DNA of 64,000 bases, taken from positions 142,583-206,582 of the forward strand of contig JAQTOU010000002.1 in NCBI GenBank assembly GCA_028713125.1, written 5' to 3'. A model generated the notes under the pieces. It did not search any database. It saw only the letters and a list, made by a program, of their open reading frames with translations, and had not been told where the DNA came from. Shown here one piece after another: positions 41,848 to 51,290 of the stretch (its first letter is position 1; the number at the start of each line of letters is the position of its first letter). Both the position numbers and the translations under genes were made by a program. Origin of the DNA: Elusimicrobiales bacterium. GTDB taxonomy: Bacteria; Elusimicrobiota; Elusimicrobia; Elusimicrobiales; UBA9959.

Positions 41848-44106
41848 TCAGCGCGCGCAGGCCGCCGCGAAAGCTTTGCGCGCCTCCGGCCAGCCCGGCG
41901 GCGACGCTTCCGAGGCCCTTCGCAGGTCCAGGCAGGCTTTAGCTTTGTCCCCGGCCTTAAGGTAGAATTCGCCCCGGGAGTAAAGAGCGGCCGGGAGCCG
42001 CTCTTTTGAAATTACGGAATGCTTCGGCGGCTTCTGGGCCAGGAAGACGGCTTCGCCGCAGTTCTCTTCACCCAGCCGCAGGTCGCCGGTCTTCGTCGCC
42101 AGGAAGCACAGGTCCATCCTTGCTTCAAAATTATCCCCGTCCGCTTTCACCGCTTCGGCCAGGAGGGACCCCGCCCCGGGCAGGTCGCCTTTCTTTATAA
42201 GTTCTACAGCCTCGTCCGAGAGTTTTTTAGATAAACCGCCGCCGCGGGCGGAACCCGTCGCCGCGGATTGTGTGGAAGCCGAGGTTCTGCCGGACGATAG
42301 TTTTTTTCCGGCGGGGGTGGCTTCTCCAAAATAGAGCTCAGTGAAAGCGGGGCCCAGTTTTTGCCGCATGTCTTCGGGCAAAAGATCGAGCAGCTCGGGG
42401 AGGACGGCGTCCGTCACGTAAGTATCCTCCCCGCGCACGCGCTCTTCCCCTGCCTCGGTGGTATCCGCCTTGAACTTGAAATTAATGAATTCGCGCCTGG
42501 CCTGCCGGGCGAGGCTGATGCTTTCCGCGGCTTTTTTGACAAGCCCGGCGTCCAGCTCATAAAGGGCCCGCAGCATATAATCTTTTCCCGGATAGTAAGT
42601 GATCCAGTCCTCCGAGGCGAGCGGCAGCTTTTCGATGAGGTCCGCTCCGCCGGAGGGACGGCCGGAGCGCCGGTTCCTTATAAAAGCTGCCGCCGCGAGG
42701 TCTATTTTCCCCGGCACATCTTCGGGAGAAAGGGCCACGGCCCTCCCCAGGCTGCGGTAGGCGCCGTCATAGTCCCCGCGCGAAAGCAGCAGCCTGCCGT
42801 ATTCCCGGAGCAGCCACGCGTCATCCGGGCTGCGTTCGAGCGCCCGGCCGAAGGCGGCCCTCCCGTCGCCGGAGAGCCGGCCTGGATGCCGCAGGAGCAG
42901 GAACAGGCAGAAGATCCCGGCCAGGAAAACCGGCATTGCGCCGGCGGCGGACAGCCAGGCGCCCTCCAGCTTTTCCGGGGCGCTTCCCGCGCCCAGGGCG
43001 AAGGCGGACGCCGCGGCCGTCGCCGCCATCAGGGGCAGGATGGCGACAAAATATCTTTCTTCGGTAGAAAAGGCGAGGTGCAGGGCCAGGAAATAAAATA
43101 TCAGCAGATTCACGCGCCTGAAGCCGGGCCTGCGCCAAAGAAGCGCCGCGAAGAACAGCCAGCAGGCGAAGATAAAAGGATGCTTGGCGGAGATCAGGTA
43201 GGTTCTCCTCGCCACGCCCGAGGCGTAAGCCCCGGGCCGGGAGGCGATCCGCCTCGCCGACCACAGGGCCGCGTTTTCTCCCCGCTGGATGCCGGCAAGC
43301 TTGCGGTAATCCCCTTCGAAAGTGGAGGTAAGCCCCATGGCGCCGGTAACGACGTTCCAGTCGCCGCGCCCGTCGAACAGCACAAGCTTGTCGTAGGCCG
43401 AGAAATTAAGCCTGGTCCAGGGCAGGAGAAAAAGGAAAGGAAGCGACAGGGCGAGCGCGGCCGGGAGCAGGCGGCGGCGGAGGTCGCGTCCTTCGGACGG
43501 CATCAGTTCTAGCGCCGCCAGGACGAGCGGGAACCAGCATAGGGCGGAGCGGGCCAGGAAACTCAGCCCGACCGCGCAGCTCTCCGTAAGCCGCCTGGCG
43601 CGGGGGGAGAGCCAGGCCATGGCCAGGGCATTGGCTACTATCAGCAGAAAGAGACAGTAAAAGCGCTGCTCAAGATCGAAAAAAACGGTCGAGTAACTCC
43701 GCCCCGCGAATAAAGCGGCAGCGGCAGCGACTCCGGCGGCCCTGCCCGCGAGAAGGCAGCCGAAGGCGTAGCCGGAGAGGCAGATAAAGAAAGAGAGCGC
43801 CCACCATAGAAGCTGGGCCCCCGCCCAGTCCGCGTTCCCGGAGAGCAGCGATAAGACTCCGGCCAGGGGCATCGCGGTATTATGAAGGGGCAGGGCGTAG
43901 AGCAGCGGCTTGGCCTGTGAATGAAAATGCTCTATCAGCGGAAGTATATGTGGAGCGTCCCCGGGATAAAGAGCGCCTGCCGGATAGATCAGGAAAGCCG
44001 CGGTAAAAGCGGCCCCGAGCCAGAGCGCGGCCCGGAAGGCCGGGGGCAGGGAGCCTGGAAATTCTCCGGCGGCCCGGAACCGCTCCTGTATTTTTAGAAG
44101 GTTCAT
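41848..44106 (-). CDS. Polytopic membrane protein (GT-C/ArnT-like N-terminal region) with C-terminal TPR repeats
   Basis: About 11 TM helices over the first ~400 aa, then TPR-like repeats (YGRLLLSRGDYDGAYRSLGRAVALSPED; LYSRGEFYLKAGDKAKACLDLRRASE). The GT-C assignment is tentative. Confidence 0.6.
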   Translation of the reverse strand: MNLLKIQERFRAAGEFPGSLPPAFRAALWLGAAFTAAFLIYPAGALYPGDAPHILPLIEHFHSQAKPLLYALPLHNTAMPLAGVLSLLSGNADWAGAQLLWWALSFFICLSGYAFGCLLAGRAAGVAAAAALFAGRSYSTVFFDLEQRFYCLFLLIVANALAMAWLSPRARRLTESCAVGLSFLARSALCWFPLVLAALELMPSEGRDLRRRLLPAALALSLPFLFLLPWTRLNFSAYDKLVLFDGRGDWNVVTGAMGLTSTFEGDYRKLAGIQRGENAALWSARRIASRPGAYASGVARRTYLISAKHPFIFACWLFFAALLWRRPGFRRVNLLIFYFLALHLAFSTEERYFVAILPLMAATAAASAFALGAGSAPEKLEGAWLSAAGAMPVFLAGIFCLFLLLRHPGRLSGDGRAAFGRALERSPDDAWLLREYGRLLLSRGDYDGAYRSLGRAVALSPEDVPGKIDLAAAAFIRNRRSGRPSGGADLIEKLPLASEDWITYYPGKDYMLRALYELDAGLVKKAAESISLARQARREFINFKFKADTTEAGEERVRGEDTYVTDAVLPELLDLLPEDMRQKLGPAFTELYFGEATPAGKKLSSGRTSASTQSAATGSARGGGLSKKLSDEAVELIKKGDLPGAGSLLAEAVKADGDNFEARMDLCFLATKTGDLRLGEENCGEAVFLAQKPPKHSVISKERLPAALYSRGEFYLKAGDKAKACLDLRRASEASPPGWPEARKAFAAACAR

Positions 44107-44123
44107 AATGCGGGCCGGGGTCC

Positions 44124-45398
44124 TTACTTGGCGGCTGCGGACTGGCCGGCGAGGTAGCCGGTGGAGAAAGCTTCCTGCAGGTTATAGCCGCCGGTGATCC
44201 CGTCGAGGTCCAGGACCTCCCCGCAAAAATACAGCCCGGGAATTATTTTGGATTCCATTGTCTGCGGGTTTATCTCCGTTAAGTTCACGCCACCGCGGGT
44301 AACGGTAGCCTCCTGCAGCGGGCGCGGCCTGGTCAGGCGTATGCGGAAGTCGCCGAACAGTTCCGCGAGCTTCTTCCTCTCGGGCCCGGTGATGGTGGCG
44401 CACTGCCTTGCGCGGTCGATCCCGCAGAGCTTCTCGAATACCGGGGCGAGAGAGTGCGGTAAAGACTCTTTAAGATAGCTTGAAAGCATCCGGGCGCCGT
44501 TGGCGGAGAAATATCCCTGTATGGCCGCGGTCAGCCCTTCAGGCGTCAGTTCCGGCTTCAGGTTTATTGAAAGCTCGACCTTGTTGCCGGGCTCCAGTAA
44601 CGCGTCCACGGCGGGTCCGCTCATGATCAGCAGCTTCGGGCCCGAGACGCCGAAATGGGTGAAGAGCAAGTCTCCTTTTTCGGCGGCCGCCTTTTTCCCG
44701 TTCACTAGGACGGAGATCTTTACGTTCTGTAGCGTCAGGCCCTGGAGGTCCTTTATGAACGGGTCGCCGGCTTCGAGGGCCGTGAGGCCTGGCCTGAGCG
44801 GCACGATGGTGTGACCGCAGCTTTTTGCCCAGGCGTAACCATCGCCGGTCGAGCCAGTTCCGGGATAGGACCTGCCGCCTGTGGCGATGATCGCCTTTTT
44901 ACAGCTTATGACGGAGCCGTCCGAGAGTTTGACGCCTTCTATCCGGCCGTCTTTAAGCAGGATGCCGGCGGCCGCGCTGCCGCAGGCCACCCCGACCTTG
45001 CTGTGCCGGAGGTAGCCGCTGAGCGCCGATAAAACGCTTTGCGCCTTGTCGTCCGCGGGAAATATTTTCCCGTCCGGGTCCGTCCGGGTGGGAACGCCGT
45101 GGGAATTCAGAAAACCGGTCAGGCTCCGGTTCGAGAATAAGGTCAGCGCCCTGTACAGGAATTTGCCGTTCTTCCCGAAGGCTTCGATAAAGCCTTTGAT
45201 CCCGGCGCTGTTCGTGACATTGCACCTGCCGCCGCCGGTGATCAGCAGCTTCGTTCCCAGGCGGGGGTTTTTTTCAAGGAGGGTCGCGCGCGAGCCCAGC
45301 TCGCCGGCGCGGCCGGCCGCCATGATCCCCGCGGGCCCGCCGCCTATGACGACAATATCGGCGCCGCTGTTCCCGGAATGAAGTGTTTTCCCGCTCAT
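44124..45398 (-). CDS. NAD(P)/FAD-dependent oxidoreductase of the HI0933/YhiN (BaiN-like) family
   Basis: IVVIGGGPAGIMAA, LLITGGGRCNVTN, ATGGRSYPGTGSTGDGY, LYFCGEVLDLDGITGGYNLQ. Confidence 0.85.
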   Translation of the reverse strand: MSGKTLHSGNSGADIVVIGGGPAGIMAAGRAGELGSRATLLEKNPRLGTKLLITGGGRCNVTNSAGIKGFIEAFGKNGKFLYRALTLFSNRSLTGFLNSHGVPTRTDPDGKIFPADDKAQSVLSALSGYLRHSKVGVACGSAAAGILLKDGRIEGVKLSDGSVISCKKAIIATGGRSYPGTGSTGDGYAWAKSCGHTIVPLRPGLTALEAGDPFIKDLQGLTLQNVKISVLVNGKKAAAEKGDLLFTHFGVSGPKLLIMSGPAVDALLEPGNKVELSINLKPELTPEGLTAAIQGYFSANGARMLSSYLKESLPHSLAPVFEKLCGIDRARQCATITGPERKKLAELFGDFRIRLTRPRPLQEATVTRGGVNLTEINPQTMESKIIPGLYFCGEVLDLDGITGGYNLQEAFSTGYLAGQSAAAK

Positions 45399-45517
45399 TA
45401 CACCTATTGTATTATATTGGGGCGCCGGCTAACCCGCGGCCGCATTTATATAATATAATCTTCTTAACCGCGCGTTTGCGGAGCCCGTTATAGCCGGCGG
45501 GGGGAAAGGGAGCCTTT

Positions 45518-45871
45518 ATGAAAGTGCTGATCGTGGACGACAATGCCCTTACGAGGGACATGATAAAAGATATTTTGCTCGACATGTCCCACCAGGTGGT
45601 GGGCGAGGCCGAGAACGGCGACCTGGCTATAGAGGCCTATAAACAACTGAACCCCGAACTGGTGCTGCTGGACCTGATAATGCCGGGAAAAACAGGGCTT
45701 GAGGTCCTGGAGATACTCAGGGGAATAAACCCCCTGGCTAAAGTGGTCATGGTGACGGCCGTACAGCAGGACGAGATAAACAAAAAACTTTTCGAGAAGG
45801 GCGCGACGGCCATACTGCATAAGCCTTTTTCCTACTCGGAGCTTGAAGAGGTCCTCAAGCAGGTTTCCTGA
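45518..45871 (+). CDS. Single-domain response regulator (CheY-like receiver)
   Basis: MKVLIVDDN, LVLLDLIMPGKTG (phospho-Asp), VVMVTA, ILHKPF. GGGAG RBS. Confidence 0.9.
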   Translation: MKVLIVDDNALTRDMIKDILLDMSHQVVGEAENGDLAIEAYKQLNPELVLLDLIMPGKTGLEVLEILRGINPLAKVVMVTAVQQDEINKKLFEKGATAILHKPFSYSELEEVLKQVS

Positions 45872-45877
45872 AGCCCT

Positions 45878-46471
45878 ATGACAGAAAACCCGGGAGCATT
45901 GCTGCGATTGACCGAGGCGAGCCTTAGGAAGTGCCTGGCCCGGCTTTCCGGCGTTTCCGCCGGAACCTGGGAGCTTCTTGGCATCAGCGCTTCGCAGGGG
46001 ACCATCGAGGACGCCGTGAAACTCCACGATTTCGTGAACCCGGCCGCCTCGGCCGTCTATTTCAATCTCGGCGGCGGGCTCCCGTTCACCACTATCATGC
46101 TCTTCGACCCGAGCGAGATGGAGTGCATCTCCAAATGCTTCATGGGCTACTCCTACCCCAGGGGGGCGGCCACCACCCAGGCCGAGGAAGTCATGCTCCT
46201 GGAACTGGGCAATATAGTCCTCAATTCCCTGATAAATTCGGCGATGAACGCCCTGAAGCTGAGCCTCATGCCTTCCGTTCCGGCTTATCTCGAGGGCGAT
46301 TACCGCGTCCTGGTCAACGGGCTGGCCCCGGGCGGGGACGTGAAAAAAAGCTTCCGTATAATAGGGGCTACTCTGGGGCTGAAGGCTGACAAGCGCGTTA
46401 CCAGGAGCGAAGTCATCGCCCTGATCCCGGAAGACCTGGCCCAGCAGTTCGAGCGCCTCCCGGCGCCCTGA
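45878..46471 (+). CDS. CheC/CheX-like phosphatase-domain protein (tentative)
   Basis: LLELGNIVLNSLINSAMNALKLSLMPSVP resembles the E-x2-N-x(~22)-P CheC/CheX site. 6-nt gap after the receiver gene. Confidence 0.5.
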   Translation: MTENPGALLRLTEASLRKCLARLSGVSAGTWELLGISASQGTIEDAVKLHDFVNPAASAVYFNLGGGLPFTTIMLFDPSEMECISKCFMGYSYPRGAATTQAEEVMLLELGNIVLNSLINSAMNALKLSLMPSVPAYLEGDYRVLVNGLAPGGDVKKSFRIIGATLGLKADKRVTRSEVIALIPEDLAQQFERLPAP

Positions 46472-46493
46472 CCGGTTTTCCGCGTTCCGTGGC

Positions 46494-46530
46494 GAAAAAA
46501 AGGCCGTCCGCTTCAAGCGGACGGCCTTTT
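46494..46530. terminator. Bidirectional Rho-independent terminator
   Basis: AAGGCCGTCCGC / GCGGACGGCCTT form a 12-bp stem, with an A-run before and a T-run after, between convergent genes. Confidence 0.85.
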
Positions 46531-46543
46531 GATTTGCCGGCTA

Positions 46544-46966
46544 TTATTCCGGCAGTTCGGAGGATTCTTTCTGCTCGGTCCGCAGCGCGGTAAGGGCGGC
46601 CAGGTAGCCTTTTTCCTTGGTAATAGTTTCTTTTATGAGCTCCCTGGATTCCAGGTTGTCCAGCAGCTTCAGCAGGGCGCGGTAGAGCAGCACCCTTTTT
46701 TTTGCGCGGTCCTCGTGGATCCGCAGGGAGGCCTGGATGGAACAGGCTCCGGGGATCTTCCGCTGGCGGAAGCCGACGCCTTCCTTCGAGATCTTGCTGA
46801 GCGCTTTAAGCCTGGTTTTCTTGTCGTGGGCGATACTGGTATAAAGGTCCCAGAGTTTCTCGCCTATCTTCTCGTCCGAGTTGTAAAGCTTGGAGTCCGC
46901 GGTGTAAACGGTAACGTCCAACATCTCTTCAGTTATGATCACCCTGATAAGTTCTTTTAGTCTCAT
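46544..46966 (-). CDS. Hypothetical protein (140 aa)
   Basis: ORF with coding-like composition, bounded by a terminator. No family recognised. Confidence 0.5.
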   Translation of the reverse strand: MRLKELIRVIITEEMLDVTVYTADSKLYNSDEKIGEKLWDLYTSIAHDKKTRLKALSKISKEGVGFRQRKIPGACSIQASLRIHEDRAKKRVLLYRALLKLLDNLESRELIKETITKEKGYLAALTALRTEQKESSELPE

Positions 46967-47018
46967 AGCTATATTCTAGCAATCTGCGGGGGGCAATAAT
47001 AGAAAGGGGAAAGGCAAT

Positions 47019-48506
47019 TTGATACGATTGAATATTATGAAAAGATTTTTCAAAATTAAGATCCTGGCGCTCCTGCTCCTGTCCGGAGCGGCTTTCGCCG
47101 CCGGCGTCTATTTTACCCTGCCGGTCAACCGGGTGAACATGCGCTCGGGGCTGGTCATGCTGGGGGACCTGAACTCGGATAATAAGTGGGACGGGCTGGA
47201 CGGCGCGCTCCTGGAGGGGCTTATTTCGGACCCTTTTTCCGTGTCTCCCGAAGCGGCCTATAAAGTTGACGTGAACCATGACGGCCTGCTGGACGAGGAG
47301 GATATTTCTTTCCTGAAAGCGCTCTATGCCGGGGGCGACCCGTACAAGGTTCGTGAGGAATTCCTGCGGGCCGGAAAACCCTTCCCCTATCCGCGCGAGT
47401 TTTTCAGGTACGTGCCGGAAAGCGAATATGTTCAGCGCCCCGTCCTGGCCCTCCGTCATAAAGCTGAGGAAGCTTCGCCGCTGAAGTTCCTGTCCCAGGT
47501 CCGCGCCCGGGCTGCCGCCGGCTACGCTGGCCGGCTGCGGCATGAGATCTACAGCGAAGGGATCAGGTTTTCCATGGCGTACGCCAAAAGAAAGGCGGGC
47601 CTGTCGCCGAAAGAGGACGTTTACTCGAAGGGAAAAATAGACCGCTGTGCCGCCTTATGGGCGGCCGGGAAGGAATACGAGCTTCTCCTGGAGCTCATGG
47701 GCCTTACGGAGGACGCCGAGACCCTTACCATGGCCGGGCAGCCGGTCTTCGTCGGCAAGGTCCTGTATTTCAGGGAGCACCTGAAAGCCCTGCTTGAATC
47801 CGCGGACTACGGCCAATACCTCGCAGGAAAAATCCCGGCCGAAGACATCCTGCGCCGGATGCAAAGCTATGCGAAGGCGGACCTGGGTATAGAGGTCGAC
47901 CTGGTCAACCTGCCGCCCGCGCGCAACTTCCTGGACATGAAAAATTACGTGCAGCGCGCGAGGTGGCAGTATTATAAATCTTCGGCCACGCGCCGCGATT
48001 TCCGGAAATTCCTTCTTTTCGCCCAGTACGACAGGCGCTACCTGAGGGCGGCGGCGAAGACCAACCGCAAGCTTGAAGACCTCCCGCTCGAAAACCACAA
48101 TCTGCCCATGGTGCTCCTGTTCCGCGAGGCCCTGGCTATAAAGGGCGGCAATAAACTGGCCGCCGTGGGGATGATAGACGAGGCCGTGCGGATCCCCTTT
48201 GCCTGGGTCAAATCCATCCCGCGGGAGAAGCTCCCCACTTCGGTGGCGCTCGAGAATTTCCTGCTGCCCGGAAATAAAGAAGACGGCTCCGACAAGAGCC
48301 GCCACTGGAACGTGTTCGGAGGGCTGAGCCTTTACAAGTCGCCCGAGGAATCGATGCGCCTCGCGCTGGCGCGCGAGGTGGACGACTTCCGCAAAGAGGG
48401 CCGCAGCACGCAGTCAATGAGGGAATTCATCCGCGACACCATGGCCGATATCAACGGGATCTATTATGTGATAAGCATGGACCCGGGGCTGCTGAAGCGG
48501 AACTGA
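47019..48506 (+). CDS. Signal-anchored hypothetical protein with dockerin/EF-hand-like Ca-binding repeats
   Basis: TTG at 47019 (GGGGAAAGG 4 nt upstream) or ATG at 47037. Hydrophobic segment ILALLLLSGAAFAAGVYF. DLNSDNKWDGLDGALLEGLI and DVNHDGLLDEEDISFLKALY. Confidence 0.6.
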   Translation: MIRLNIMKRFFKIKILALLLLSGAAFAAGVYFTLPVNRVNMRSGLVMLGDLNSDNKWDGLDGALLEGLISDPFSVSPEAAYKVDVNHDGLLDEEDISFLKALYAGGDPYKVREEFLRAGKPFPYPREFFRYVPESEYVQRPVLALRHKAEEASPLKFLSQVRARAAAGYAGRLRHEIYSEGIRFSMAYAKRKAGLSPKEDVYSKGKIDRCAALWAAGKEYELLLELMGLTEDAETLTMAGQPVFVGKVLYFREHLKALLESADYGQYLAGKIPAEDILRRMQSYAKADLGIEVDLVNLPPARNFLDMKNYVQRARWQYYKSSATRRDFRKFLLFAQYDRRYLRAAAKTNRKLEDLPLENHNLPMVLLFREALAIKGGNKLAAVGMIDEAVRIPFAWVKSIPREKLPTSVALENFLLPGNKEDGSDKSRHWNVFGGLSLYKSPEESMRLALAREVDDFRKEGRSTQSMREFIRDTMADINGIYYVISMDPGLLKRN

Positions 48507-48533
48507 CCTCCGCGTCAATGGTCCCGGCGGCGC

Positions 48534-48761
48534 CTATTCTTTTACCGTAAAGCCTTTTTCCCGCAGGGCGGCGGATACCTCTGTCAGGTCGATGCCAAGG
48601 TGCCCGCAGCCGCTTCTTATCGTCATCTGTTTGCCGTGGCTTTCGCGCATCACGGGGTTCTTGACCCCCATGAAACCTATATCGAACAAAATGTCTGTAA
48701 GCTCGGGATATTCCGTGGTCAGGTCGTAAAGCGTCTTGTCCAGGTCAATTGTCTTTGCCAT
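48534..48761 (-). CDS. DUF1858-domain protein
   Basis: The 75-aa sequence (TLYDLTTEYPELTDILFDIGF...) resembles DUF1858. 1-nt gap after the DUF438 gene, the usual partner. Confidence 0.7.
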   Translation of the reverse strand: MAKTIDLDKTLYDLTTEYPELTDILFDIGFMGVKNPVMRESHGKQMTIRSGCGHLGIDLTEVSAALREKGFTVKE

Positions 48762-48762
48762 A

Positions 48763-49917
48763 TTAAGCCAGCCTCTTTTCGCTTTTGATCTTCTGTATGT
48801 CGGTTATGTCCTGTGTAACTTCCAGCGAACCCTGGTACTTCCCGTCTTCGCCCCGCAGCGCGAAGTAGCGGATATGTATCACCCTGCCTTTCATGTTTAT
48901 CCAGAACTCGGCGGAGTTCTTTGAACCGTCCCTGAAAGACTTTATGATCGTCTCTACCGCGCCCAGGCTCTGCGGCGGGTGGCAGTTCTGCACCTTGCGC
49001 CCTATGATGGCCCGCGCCCGCAGGAAGATCCTCTCCCTGCCCTCCGAGAAATAGCGCACCGTATCGTCCGCGTCCACGAAGGTCAGGTCCACCGGCAGGG
49101 CGTTGAGGAGCGAAGTCAGTTCCGGAAGGGAGAAATTCCCGCTGGGCAGGTTTATGGCCGCGCCGGATGGGGCGGCGGTGTTCTGGCTGATGTCCAGAGC
49201 TTCGGCCGAGGCGGCCGGCGGCTCGATGAAGATATAGCCTTCCCGGGCGCTCTGCCTGAAGATCTCGGCCCAGTCGGCCGGTTTAAGTTTTTCAAGGGAC
49301 GTGGGGAAAAGGATATTCTCTTCCTTGAAGATCATCCCGTCCACTTCCTCCAGCAGGGCCGCCGCGGCCGCGGGGAAATCTGCGGGTCCGGCCGCCATTG
49401 CTTTCTTGAAAAGTTCCCTCACTTCGTTATGCTTTCCCCACATTACCTTGGAGGGGCCCGAGAAGCCTGCCTTCTCGAGGAAGGGGAAGAGCATATGCTC
49501 TTTGCGCTCATAATGCTTTTCCACTCCGCGCAGCTCGATGATCAGGTTCTTTACCCAGTCCGCGCCTTTGCCTTCCTTGAGAGAAGGCAGCAGCGCTTTG
49601 GCGGCCTCGACGCGGCGCTTTATCTCGGCGTTCTCCGCCTTGAACAGGGCCACCGGGTGGGAAGGGTCGGACGGGTCCTGCATGGTCTTTTCAAGCGAGC
49701 TGCTGAACAGCAGGGCGTGGACATTGCAGAACTTCTTTATTTCCTCGGCCGGCACGCCGTCGTCCAGGAGCGACTGCTCCAGCTCGAAGATCTCCCTGGA
49801 GGTGACCGGCCCTATCTCGGCCTCGAACCGCTTCTTCGCCTCCTCCAGCGTCAGCCCCGCATGCAGCTGCGCGAGTATCTCTTTTAAAATTTTTTTCCTG
49901 TCAGGGTAGCCGCCCAT
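48763..49917 (-). CDS. DUF438-family protein with hemerythrin-like and PAS domains
   Basis: N-terminal DUF438-like region (ILAQLHAGLTLEEAKKRF), hemerythrin-like HxxxE segments (HYERKEHMLFPFLEK), C-terminal PAS-like region (DLTFVDADDTVRYFS...CHPPQS). Confidence 0.75.
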   Translation of the reverse strand: MGGYPDRKKILKEILAQLHAGLTLEEAKKRFEAEIGPVTSREIFELEQSLLDDGVPAEEIKKFCNVHALLFSSSLEKTMQDPSDPSHPVALFKAENAEIKRRVEAAKALLPSLKEGKGADWVKNLIIELRGVEKHYERKEHMLFPFLEKAGFSGPSKVMWGKHNEVRELFKKAMAAGPADFPAAAAALLEEVDGMIFKEENILFPTSLEKLKPADWAEIFRQSAREGYIFIEPPAASAEALDISQNTAAPSGAAINLPSGNFSLPELTSLLNALPVDLTFVDADDTVRYFSEGRERIFLRARAIIGRKVQNCHPPQSLGAVETIIKSFRDGSKNSAEFWINMKGRVIHIRYFALRGEDGKYQGSLEVTQDITDIQKIKSEKRLA

Positions 49918-50029
49918 AGTTCCTCCCGTCCGCTCTTTCCCTCATCATACTAAAAAAGGTCTTTTGCGGTGATGGGCAATTACATATAATTAAAAAGCCG
50001 GCTTACTAGTTAAACCATGGAGGACCATC

Positions 50030-51235
50030 ATGAGCGTGCTTTCTAAAATCCAGCTTGAAAAATACGCGGACACCCTTATCTGGGGGCTGACCACCGCCCG
50101 CCGCAACGCTTTCAAGAAATACGACAATATCCTGCTGCGCTGCGACCTCGAGGCCCGCGAGCTGGGCGAGATCGTCTACCGCAAGCTGGTCCAGCGCAAG
50201 TTCAACGTCACCTTCAATTTCCTGTCCAGCCCCGCCCTGGAGCGGAGTTTCTACGAATTCTCTGACGACAAGCAGCGCGCCTTCCTCCCGTCCTGGGACA
50301 AAGAGCTCTACAATAACCTCAACGGCTACGTGTTCATCCACGCCCCCGCTTCGCTGACCCACCTGAAGGGCATAGACACCAAAAGGCAGTCCCAGGTGGC
50401 CATCGCCCGCAAGCCGCTGTTCAGGATCCGCGACGAGCGCGAAGAAAAAGGCAAGTTCTCCTGGACCCTCTGCACCTACCCCACCGAGGAGCTGGCGAAG
50501 CAGGCCAAGCTCTCCGTTAAAGAATACGCCGCCCAGATAGCCAAAGCCTGCTACCTGAACGAGCCTAACCCCGCCAAAAAATGGGGTCAGATCTACAAAG
50601 ATACGATGCAGATAAAGAAGTGGATCAGCGGCCTCGGCATAGATACCATCCGCACCGAGTCCAAGTCCATGGACTTCGAAGTAAAGCTGGGCGAGCAGCG
50701 CAAGTTCCTCGGCGTCAGCGGCCACAATATCCCCAGCTTCGAGATCTTCACCTCGCCCGACTGGCGCGGGACCCGCGGCCGCTACTTCGCCAACCTCCCC
50801 GCTTTCCGCGGCGGCAATTACGTCGAGGAGATCAGCCTCGAATTCAAGGACGGCCGCGCCGTCAAGATCTCCGCCAAGAAAGGCGGAGAGTACGTAAAGA
50901 AGATAATGGCCACCGACAAGGGCGCCTCCCAGCTCGGCGAGTACTCCCTCACCGACCGCCGCTTCTCCCGCATCGACAAGTTCATGGCCGATACCCTGTT
51001 CGACGAGAACCATGGCGGCAAGCACGGCAACTGCCACGTCGCCATCGGCAATTCCTACACCGACACCTATACCGGCAATGTCGCCAAGCTCGACAAAGCG
51101 AAAAAAACCGCCCTCGGCTACAACGACTCCGCCGTACACTGGGACCTGATCAACACCGAAGATAAAAAAGTGACCGCCACCCTCAAGACCGGCAAAAAAG
51201 TCACCATCTACGAGAAAGGCCAGTTCAAATACTAA
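50030..51235 (+). CDS. M29-family aminopeptidase (AmpS/PepS-like)
   Basis: GGAGG RBS. LEKYADTLIWGL..., FDENHGGKHGNCHVAIGNSY and HWDLI are M29-like. Confidence 0.75.
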   Translation: MSVLSKIQLEKYADTLIWGLTTARRNAFKKYDNILLRCDLEARELGEIVYRKLVQRKFNVTFNFLSSPALERSFYEFSDDKQRAFLPSWDKELYNNLNGYVFIHAPASLTHLKGIDTKRQSQVAIARKPLFRIRDEREEKGKFSWTLCTYPTEELAKQAKLSVKEYAAQIAKACYLNEPNPAKKWGQIYKDTMQIKKWISGLGIDTIRTESKSMDFEVKLGEQRKFLGVSGHNIPSFEIFTSPDWRGTRGRYFANLPAFRGGNYVEEISLEFKDGRAVKISAKKGGEYVKKIMATDKGASQLGEYSLTDRRFSRIDKFMADTLFDENHGGKHGNCHVAIGNSYTDTYTGNVAKLDKAKKTALGYNDSAVHWDLINTEDKKVTATLKTGKKVTIYEKGQFKY

Positions 51236-51251
51236 GTCATCTTGTTCACCC

Positions 51252-51284
51252 AAAAAAGGCCTCCCAAACAGGGAGGCCTTTTTT
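51252..51284 (+). terminator. Rho-independent terminator
   Basis: AAAAAAGGCCTCCC-AAACA-GGGAGGCCTTTTTT. Confidence 0.9.
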
Positions 51285-51290
51285 CGTCTC

